Positions 23,355 to 29,780 of a DNA stretch of 29,780 nt are shown piece after piece. The notes under the pieces are model-generated. The model was given only the letters and a program-made list of their open reading frames with translations, made no database searches and had not been told where the DNA came from. Numbering within the stretch: position 1 is the first letter of the stretch; each line of letters starts with the position of its first letter. The position numbers were made by a program, and so were the translations under genes. This DNA comes from Gaiellaceae bacterium (lineage in GTDB: Bacteria > Actinomycetota > Thermoleophilia > Gaiellales > Gaiellaceae), in NCBI GenBank assembly GCA_035689945.1, contig DASSLB010000165.1:1-29780 (forward strand). The letters run 5' to 3'.

Positions 23355-23516
23355 CTAATAGACGCTTTCCACGACGAGGATGTTGTACGGCGAGCGATGC
23401 ATCTCCGGCACCCTTTCGAGAAGGATGACGCGCCACGGGCCCGAGCCGTTCGACAGGTAGAGCTCCTGGCCCTCCGCGGGTTCTTTGCCGGGGACGTCAT
23501 AGACGTACTCCCTCAT
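23355..23516 (-). CDS. Hypothetical protein (53 aa)
   Basis: MREYVYDVPGKEPAEGQELYLSNGSGPWRVILLERVPEMHRSPYNILVVESVY; about 85% of codons end in G/C. Start uncertain. Confidence 0.55.
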   Translation of the reverse strand: MREYVYDVPGKEPAEGQELYLSNGSGPWRVILLERVPEMHRSPYNILVVESVY

Positions 23517-23598
23517 GACCACAGGCCCGCTTAGCGATCCTTCACGGACAGTCCAGACATACGGCGCCACGCGCGGAGTTTGGCAGGTCTTTCCCGAC

Positions 23599-24237
23599 TC
23601 ACCGTGCGGGCATGTGCCGCAGCTTGTAGCCGACGCCCCAGACATTCACCATCCAGCCCGCAAGGCCGGCCCCGGCGAGCTTCCGCCGAACGCGCGAGGC
23701 GTGCGACTCGAGCGTGCGCGTCGGGACGTACGTGCGGAAGCCCCAGACATCGCGCAGCAGCTGCTCGCGCGTGAAGACGCGGTCGGGATCCGACGCGAGC
23801 TTGAGCAGCAGCGCGTACTCCTTCGCCGACAGCTCCACCTCCTGCCCGAGCACCGTGACGCGACGAGCCGCCCGATCGATGGCGAGCGCCCCGATCTCGA
23901 GGAGCTCGACACGCGGCGGGCAGCGCCGCAGTAGCGCGTGGATCCGCGCCAGCAGCTCCTCGTATACGAACGGCCGCGCCAGACAGTCGTCGGCGCGGGC
24001 GAGCGCGCGAACCCGTGCTGCAGGATCGGCACCGCCGAGCACGATCACCGGGCAGTCGGGCACGACGCCGCGATCGAGCGCCTCGGCGTCGCCGAGGAGC
24101 AGGACGTCGGGATCCGCCGCTCGCGGCAGCTGCTCGGCGCGCTCGCAGGCCACGACGTCGAAGCCGTCGTTGCGCAGCTGGCGCTCGAGGAACCCGCGAA
24201 CGGACGGTTCGGCCTCGGCAAGGAGAAGAGCGGTCAT
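23599..24237 (-). CDS. Orphan OmpR/PhoB-family regulator with an atypical receiver domain (212 aa)
   Basis: Winged-helix domain (LSAKEYALL, VFTREQLLRDVWG, RTLESHASRVRRKL, NVWGVGYKL). Receiver lacks the phospho-Asp. TAGCCT 7 nt before the ATG. Confidence 0.9.
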   Translation of the reverse strand: MTALLLAEAEPSVRGFLERQLRNDGFDVVACERAEQLPRAADPDVLLLGDAEALDRGVVPDCPVIVLGGADPAARVRALARADDCLARPFVYEELLARIHALLRRCPPRVELLEIGALAIDRAARRVTVLGQEVELSAKEYALLLKLASDPDRVFTREQLLRDVWGFRTYVPTRTLESHASRVRRKLAGAGLAGWMVNVWGVGYKLRHMPAR

Positions 24238-24306
24238 TTACTCGAGGCTAGGTGCGCCGACGCCGGCGCGCCAGATGTCCTTTCGCGCTAAAGCGTGACG
24301 ATCGGC

Positions 24307-25986
24307 CTACAGCCGGCCGGACCGGACGACGCCCCAGAGCAGCCAGAGGCCGAGCACCGACGACAAGGCAAAGCCGATGACGGAGAGGACGTTCACGCCG
24401 AGGAGTTGCGGCCCGTGCCTCGCGAAGATCCCGATCAGGCTCGAGCCGATCAGCCCGCCCACGACGATGAGCGCGATCACGAGCCGGTTGAAGGCGACGT
24501 CGAGCTTCTGCATGAACTCCTCGAGCCCCTTGTGCACGAAGCCGACCTCGATCTGGCCGTCCCGGATCTCCTCCATGAAGTCGTGGAACTGGTGCGGCGC
24601 CTCCGCGAGCACCTGCGCGTAGCGGAACGCCTCGCGCCGCGTGCGCCGCGCCACACGGGCGGGCCTGAACCGCTCCAGCATCAGATCGCGCGCATAGGGC
24701 CGCGCGATCTCGAAGACGTTGAAGTCCGGATACAGCTCGGTGGTCACCGAGCCGAGCGTCGCGATCGCGCGGTCGAGGAGGAGGAATCGCGCCGGCAGGT
24801 GGAGGTTCATCGAGTAGATGAGCTGGAAGCCCTCGCGGATGATCTGGATCGGGTCGACCTCGCTGAGGGTCGACCCGTAGTAGCGGTAGTAGAGCTCGCG
24901 TATCTCGGCGAGAAACTCCCCCTCCCGGTCCCGCGGATACCGCACGCCGAGGTCGGCGAGCCGGCGCGGGATCAGCTCGATGTTCTCGTTCGCGGCATCG
25001 ATGAAGAGGCCGGTCAGCTTCGACATGTCGTCGTCGGTCAGCGTCCCCACGGCGCCGAAATCGACAAGGCCGATCGCCCCGGCCTCGTGCGGCACGAGGA
25101 TGTTCGCCGGGTGCGGGTCGCCGTGGAAGAAGCCGTGCCGGAAGATCATCGCCATCCACGCCTCGGTGATCCGCGTCGCGAGCTCGCGACGCTCCTCGAG
25201 CCGCGTGCCGACGAGGTCGAGGTCGGCGAGCTGGATCCCGTCGATCCACTCGAGCGTCAGCACACGCGGGCGGGTGTACTGCCAGTAGACCTTCGGTACC
25301 CGGACATGCGGGTCGCCCGCGAAGTGGCGATGGAAGTTCTGCGCGTTGCGTCCCTCCTGCCTGTAGTCGAGCTCCTTCCGGATCGACCGGGCGAACTCGT
25401 CCACGACCTGGCGCGTGTCGACGAAGTCGAGCGCCCGGATCCGCTCGCGCACGAGGCGCGCCGCCTGGTAGAGGAGCCCGAGGTCGGCTTCGATCTGGCG
25501 CGGCGCTCCAGGCCGCTGAATCTTGACGGCGACCCGACGGCCGTTCGGCAGCGTGGCGCGGTGAACTTGGCCGATCGAGGCCGCCGCGACGGGAATCGGC
25601 TCGAAGTCGATGAACAGGCGTTCCAGCGTGTTCCCGAGCTCCTCCTCGATCACCCGCTCCGCCTGCTCGAAGGGGAACGGCCGCACGTCGTCCTGGAGCG
25701 CACGGAGCTCGATCACGATGTCGGGCGGAACGACGTCGGGCCGCGTGGAGAGGAGCTGCCCGAACTTCACGAACGTCGGCCCAAGCTCGTCGAGGACCTC
25801 GCGCAGATGCTGGCCCCGGGCGGAGGCCGCGCCGTGCTCGGCGGCGACATTCGCGAGGCGATCGTCGGCCGAACGGCCCGGCAAGAGGTCGCTGAGCTTG
25901 TGCGCCTCGAGGAAATAGCCGAAGCCGTGTCGCACCATGACCTGTGCGATCTCCGACAGACGGCTGATGCTGCGCGTCGTGCTCAC
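24307..25986 (-). CDS. ABC1/AarF/UbiB-family atypical kinase (559 aa)
   Basis: LGPTFVKFGQLLSTRPD (KxGQ), AAASIGQVHRA, VAVKIQRP, FFHGDPHPANI, DFG, two C-terminal TM helices. TAGCCT 7 nt before the GTG. Confidence 0.95.
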   Translation of the reverse strand: MSTTRSISRLSEIAQVMVRHGFGYFLEAHKLSDLLPGRSADDRLANVAAEHGAASARGQHLREVLDELGPTFVKFGQLLSTRPDVVPPDIVIELRALQDDVRPFPFEQAERVIEEELGNTLERLFIDFEPIPVAAASIGQVHRATLPNGRRVAVKIQRPGAPRQIEADLGLLYQAARLVRERIRALDFVDTRQVVDEFARSIRKELDYRQEGRNAQNFHRHFAGDPHVRVPKVYWQYTRPRVLTLEWIDGIQLADLDLVGTRLEERRELATRITEAWMAMIFRHGFFHGDPHPANILVPHEAGAIGLVDFGAVGTLTDDDMSKLTGLFIDAANENIELIPRRLADLGVRYPRDREGEFLAEIRELYYRYYGSTLSEVDPIQIIREGFQLIYSMNLHLPARFLLLDRAIATLGSVTTELYPDFNVFEIARPYARDLMLERFRPARVARRTRREAFRYAQVLAEAPHQFHDFMEEIRDGQIEVGFVHKGLEEFMQKLDVAFNRLVIALIVVGGLIGSSLIGIFARHGPQLLGVNVLSVIGFALSSVLGLWLLWGVVRSGRL

Positions 25987-26019
25987 CGCGAACAGGCTAC
26001 GCGGCCGTGACGGCGCTTG

Positions 26020-27609
26020 TCAGGCGGCAGCGCGACGGCGGCCCGCTTCGCGCCGCCGGGTCCACGGCCCCGGCGGAACGAGCAAGGACTCGGCATGGAG
26101 ATACGCGAGCCCGACCGCAGGCAGGTCGGTGAAGCGCTCCACGCAGATGTAGCGACGGCGCCACTCGGGGAAGAACTTCCGATTGAACGAGTAGAGCCGT
26201 TCGAGCTGGAAGAGATTGTCTGCGAGGAGGAGTCCGCGACGGACGAGGCGGCGCAGCGGAGTCGTCACCCGCTCCGGCGCGAGGAAATCGGTCAGCGCAC
26301 AGAAGTTGAGAGACAGCTCGCTCGCGCCCGCCTCGCGTGCCCACACAAGTGCCTCCACGACGAGGAACTCCGTGAGGCCGTTCGGCGTATGCGGCCGGCG
26401 GCGCATCGCGCTCAGCGACCAACCGCCGCCTGCCGGCGACGGCGCGAGGTGGAGAAACCCTCCGACGTGTCCGCTCTCGTCCTCGGCCAGCGCCAGGACC
26501 GTTCCCGGCACGTGGAGGTCGTCGATGGCCATCGAGAAGCCGCGCTCGGGCTGACCGCCCCGCCACGCCGCGGACAGGTCTTCGAGCTCGGCCTCGAGCG
26601 CCGGCCCGACCTCGTCTGCGGGAACGACGCGGAAGGAATAGCCCGCTTTGCGGAGCCGTGAGACCGACTGCCGCACCTTGCGGATGGCGCGGCCTTCGAG
26701 CGAGAACTCCTGCGGCCGCAGCACCGCCTCCTCTCCAATCGGAACGGGCTTGAGGCCGAGCGCGCGGTAGCGGTCGAGATTTTCTTCGGAGGCGCCGACG
26801 ACCGCGAACCGCCACCCGCGCGCGCTCACGAGGCGGCGCAGCTCCCCGAACAGGTCGTCGATCTCCGCCTCGTCGCCCACCGGATCGCCGCTGACGAGCG
26901 CCGTCCCTCCCACCACCCGGTAGGCGAGGAAGGCCCGGCGGGACGGCGAGAACAGGTAGCTCTTGTCTCGACGCAGCGCGAAGAAGGCAAGGCTGTCGCT
27001 CCCGTACGCATCGACGAGCGTCTGCGCAAGACGCCGCTCGCCCATGGTCTGCGCGACGGCCTGTCCGAAGGGCCGCAGCCAGAAGTAGAGCGCAAGAGAG
27101 CCGAGGGCTACTCCGAGGCCGAGGAGCCCGTCGCTCGAGCGATGAGAGAGCTCGACGCCGCGCAGCTCCGTTCCACCGACGACCGCCGCGATTCCCGCGA
27201 GCCCGACGCAGAGGCCGACGAGCGGACGAACGCTTCCCGGGTCGCCGGGCACGTCGAAGCGTCGACGCCAGCGGAAGAGTGCTCCGAGCAGGAGCAGGGA
27301 GATCGTCGCCTCCTCGAAGTCGAGGCCCTTCGCGAGGTGCGCGGCGGCGGACGCGACGACGACAGCGACCGCGAGCTGCCAGGCACGTCGCCGGCGCTTC
27401 GCCAGCGAGCGCGAGAGCCAGATCAGGCCCAGTCCAAAGGCAACCGTGAGCACTCGTGCGGCCTCCGGCCAGCCGGGGGGCAGGACTCCCTGAACGAGCT
27501 CGACGCGGTTCATCATCTCCGGCGTCAGCGCCGACACGAGTCCGATCACCCCGACGAACGCAGCGGCCCCCGCGAGGATCCGCTCAGCGCTGAGGTGACG
27601 GAGCGTCAC
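26020..27609 (-). CDS. Aminoacyl-tRNA-dependent lipid aminoacyl transferase (DUF2156; MprF/LysX-type synthase domain with a short TM region; 529 aa)
   Basis: HLAKGLDFEEA in the TM region, DSLAFFALRRDKSYLFS, AYRVVGG, GDPVG, IGEEA, ERGFSMA, MRR...PNGLTEFL, FNRKFFPEWRRRY. GTG 27609 has TACCCT 6 nt upstream. Confidence 0.9.
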   Translation of the reverse strand: MTLRHLSAERILAGAAAFVGVIGLVSALTPEMMNRVELVQGVLPPGWPEAARVLTVAFGLGLIWLSRSLAKRRRRAWQLAVAVVVASAAAHLAKGLDFEEATISLLLLGALFRWRRRFDVPGDPGSVRPLVGLCVGLAGIAAVVGGTELRGVELSHRSSDGLLGLGVALGSLALYFWLRPFGQAVAQTMGERRLAQTLVDAYGSDSLAFFALRRDKSYLFSPSRRAFLAYRVVGGTALVSGDPVGDEAEIDDLFGELRRLVSARGWRFAVVGASEENLDRYRALGLKPVPIGEEAVLRPQEFSLEGRAIRKVRQSVSRLRKAGYSFRVVPADEVGPALEAELEDLSAAWRGGQPERGFSMAIDDLHVPGTVLALAEDESGHVGGFLHLAPSPAGGGWSLSAMRRRPHTPNGLTEFLVVEALVWAREAGASELSLNFCALTDFLAPERVTTPLRRLVRRGLLLADNLFQLERLYSFNRKFFPEWRRRYICVERFTDLPAVGLAYLHAESLLVPPGPWTRRREAGRRRAAA

Positions 27610-27631
27610 GCGGCCAGGGTACAACGTGACC
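27610..27631. promoter_or_regulatory. 22-bp divergent gap with overlapping candidate -10 boxes
   Basis: Minus strand: TACCCT (27621-27616) 6 nt before GTG 27609. Plus strand: TACAAC (27620-27625) 6 nt before ATG 27632. The two boxes share the central TA. Confidence 0.55.
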
Positions 27632-28078
27632 ATGAGAGAACTGCATGCCGACGACCCCGTCCGGGTCCCGCTCCCGCGCTGGATGACGGCGCTGCTCGGG
27701 ATGGTCGCCGTCGCGCTCGTCCCCTGGACCCTCTACCTCACGTTCACGCTCCCTTCACGGCACGTCACGTTCCACTACGACGTCGCCTGGATCGGCTTCG
27801 ACGTCGGCCTCGCCGCGTCGTTCGCCGCGACCGCATGGGCTGCGTTCCGCGGCTCGCGTTGGCTCGCCCCGCTCGCGGCCGTGACCGGGACGATGCTCTG
27901 CTGCGACGCCTGGTTCGACATCGTCACCTCGCAGAGCGGCGGTGACATGTGGGAGGCGATCGCGGAGGCTGCGCTCGCCGAGCTGCCGCTCGCCGCCGTG
28001 TGCGGCTTCATCGTCTACGACACACAGACGTTCCTCGCCGCGACGGTCACTCGCTTCCGGAGAACGGGCCCGAGCTAG
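27632..28078 (+). CDS. Hypothetical integral membrane protein, about 4 TM (148 aa)
   Basis: LVPWTLYLTFTLP, AWIGFD, LCCDAWFD, AELPLA. Hydrophobic, coding-like codon usage. Confidence 0.8.
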   Translation: MRELHADDPVRVPLPRWMTALLGMVAVALVPWTLYLTFTLPSRHVTFHYDVAWIGFDVGLAASFAATAWAAFRGSRWLAPLAAVTGTMLCCDAWFDIVTSQSGGDMWEAIAEAALAELPLAAVCGFIVYDTQTFLAATVTRFRRTGPS

Positions 28079-28332
28079 GCGGCTGGCGGAAAGTCGGGCG
28101 GTTGCCCTTCGAGCAGCCGCAACCGATGCTCGAGTTGCGCGACCCGGAGCTCGAGCTCGTCGAGCTCGTCGCGCGTGACGAGGTTGAGCTCGTCCGAAAT
28201 CCCGCGCAACGCCGCGAGGGCGCTTTCCGACAGCCGCTCCCGGCCGCCGCGCATGCGGCCCGGGAGCTCGGCCATCAGCTCCTCGATCGTGTCGAGGAGC
28301 AGCCGACCGCTGCCGCTACCGCGCTCTGCCAT
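28075..28332 (-). CDS. Small coiled-coil protein, phasin-like or UbiK/BMFP-like (85 aa)
   Basis: C-terminal LNLVTRDELDELELRVAQLEHRLRLLE. ATG 28332 overlaps the end of secDF by 17 nt. Confidence 0.7.
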   Translation of the reverse strand: MAERGSGSGRLLLDTIEELMAELPGRMRGGRERLSESALAALRGISDELNLVTRDELDELELRVAQLEHRLRLLEGQPPDFPPAA

Positions 28333-29780
28333 GCGGCCTCGAGCGTCGCCGCTGGCGCCGCTTCTCGCGCCGGGCGCTCGCCGTCGCGGGCTCGGGCGAT
28401 ATCGCGTCGACCAGGCCGGGCGTGGGCTCAGCCGAAAGCGCGGCCTCCGACTCCTGCAGCGCAAGGGTGCCGGTGTCGAGTGCCGGACCGCCCTTCGGCC
28501 GCAAGGGCCGCCGCCGCGCCGGCATGCCACCGTCCGGCTCGCCGCCTTCGTCGGCGGCGTGCTTGCGCCGGGCGTAATCCGGCTCGCGCTCCTTCCAGAT
28601 CGTGAGCAGCGGAGCGGCGAAGAATATCGAGGAGTACGCACCGGAGGTGACGCCGACGATGAGCGCAAAGGCGAAGTCCTTCAGGGTCGCGCCGCCGAGG
28701 ATCTCGAGGCAGATGATCGGCAGCAGCGTGATGAACGTCGTGGCCAACGAGCGCCTGATCGTCTCCCACAGCGAGACGTTCGCGATCGTCGCGAACGGCG
28801 AACGCCGCATCAGCGGGATGTTCTCGCGGACGCGGTCGAAGATGATGATCGTGTCGTAGATCGAGTAGCCGAGCACGGTCAACACCGCGGCAACCGTCGC
28901 GACGGAGACCTCCTTCCCCACCAGGGCGTAGACCCCGATGGTGACTGCTATGTCGTGCAGCATCGCGAGGATCACCGGCATCGCGAACTTGAACTCGAAC
29001 CTGACCGCGATGTAGATCGTGATCAGGAGCAGCGAGACGATGATCCCGTAGATCGCGTCGATCGCGATCTGGTGACCGAACGTCCCCGAGACGTTCTTCG
29101 CCCCCTCTTTGAACGCGCCGAAGTTCGTCTTCAGCCCCTGGGCAAGGGTGGACTGCTTCTTAGGCGTGAGCGGCTTCAGCCGGATCTGGAACTGCTTGAA
29201 GTTGCCGTTCACGCTCTTTCCCCGACCCTGGACGACCGCGTCGCGCTGGCCTTGCTGCTGCATGAAGTTCGTGACCGAGCCCTGCGAGTACGCCTTGTGC
29301 GTGTTGAAGGTGATCTGCGTGCCGCCCTTGAAGTCGATCCCGAGGTTGAGCCCGCGCGTGCCGAGCGCGGTCACGCCCGCGAGGATCACGGCACCCGAGA
29401 TTCCGAACCACAGGTAGCGGCGCCGCATGAAGTCGATCTGGAGCCACTTCGCGGTCTGCTGCCCGTGCGCGCCCATGAAACGCGGGTTGTCGAACCAGCG
29501 GAAGCCGCTGAGCAGGCCGAGCATCGCGCGCGTCGCCGCCACTGCGGTGATCAGCGAGATCACGGTGCCGATCAGCAGCATCAGGGCGAAGCCCTTCACG
29601 TCCGCGACCGCGATGAGGAAGATGACCATCGCCGTGATGACGGTCACGACGTTCGCGTCGAGGATCGTGTGGAAGCCCTTGCCGTAGCCGGCCGCGATGG
29701 CTGCCCTCACGGAGCGCCCGGCGCGCACCTCTTCCTTGATGCGTTCGAACACGACGACGTTCGCGTCGGCCGCGACGCCG
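28316..29780 (-). CDS. secDF: Fused protein translocase subunit SecDF; partial, start beyond the right edge
   Basis: SecD motifs (GVAADANVVVFERIKEE, TILDANV, VKGFA) continue in frame into SecF motifs (GLNLGIDFKGG, LHDI, GYSIYDTIIIFDRVREN, GAYSSIF). Confidence 0.96.
   Translation of the reverse strand, partial: GVAADANVVVFERIKEEVRAGRSVRAAIAAGYGKGFHTILDANVVTVITAMVIFLIAVADVKGFALMLLIGTVISLITAVAATRAMLGLLSGFRWFDNPRFMGAHGQQTAKWLQIDFMRRRYLWFGISGAVILAGVTALGTRGLNLGIDFKGGTQITFNTHKAYSQGSVTNFMQQQGQRDAVVQGRGKSVNGNFKQFQIRLKPLTPKKQSTLAQGLKTNFGAFKEGAKNVSGTFGHQIAIDAIYGIIVSLLLITIYIAVRFEFKFAMPVILAMLHDIAVTIGVYALVGKEVSVATVAAVLTVLGYSIYDTIIIFDRVRENIPLMRRSPFATIANVSLWETIRRSLATTFITLLPIICLEILGGATLKDFAFALIVGVTSGAYSSIFFAAPLLTIWKEREPDYARRKHAADEGGEPDGGMPARRRPLRPKGGPALDTGTLALQESEAALSAEPTPGLVDAISPEPATASARREKRRQRRRSRPHGRAR

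Noticed and set aside
1-29780. CRISPR array, IS/transposase, integrase, prophage, rRNA
   Set aside because: No regularly spaced direct repeats, no DDE/HUH/tyrosine-recombinase motifs, and nearly all sequence is accounted for by housekeeping genes.

Overview
High-GC bacterial chromosomal DNA made up mostly of housekeeping genes. It most plausibly comes from a deep-branching actinobacterium such as Thermoleophilia/Gaiellales; this is inferred from gene content and style (split gcvPA/gcvPB, fused SecDF, dcw cluster without ftsA, many leaderless genes), not from a database hit. In transcription order on the minus strand (right to left) it holds: the 3' part of secDF; a phasin/UbiK-like small gene; a divergent pair of a membrane protein and a DUF2156 aminoacyl-lipid synthase; an ABC1/UbiB kinase; an orphan atypical OmpR regulator; a cluster of tiny ORFs; an ECF sigma-ogt operon (plus strand); a PfkB kinase; a stand-alone cNMP-binding protein; the dcw cluster (mraZ-rsmH-ftsL-ftsI-[antisense MFS]-murE-murF-mraY-[degenerate methyltransferase]-murD-ftsW-murG-murC-murB-ftsQ-ftsZ); and the glycine cleavage operon gcvT-H-PA-PB, which runs off the left edge. 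I saw no mobile element, CRISPR array, rRNA or tRNA. Several ORF-track starts are far too long, so I re-called starts from stop/start overlaps, SD sites and -10 boxes. The best leads are a ~165-nt multi-stem RNA-like element filling the ftsZ-gcvT gap that is not a glycine riboswitch, three copies of a 17-bp operator-like motif at the ftsZ promoter, an ECF sigma coupled to an Ogt with an N-terminal extension, a pseudo-methyltransferase and an antisense MFS inserted in the dcw cluster, parallel shortening of the Mur ligases, and two ultra-compact divergent leaderless promoter pairs. All family assignments come from motif recognition by eye; no searches were run.
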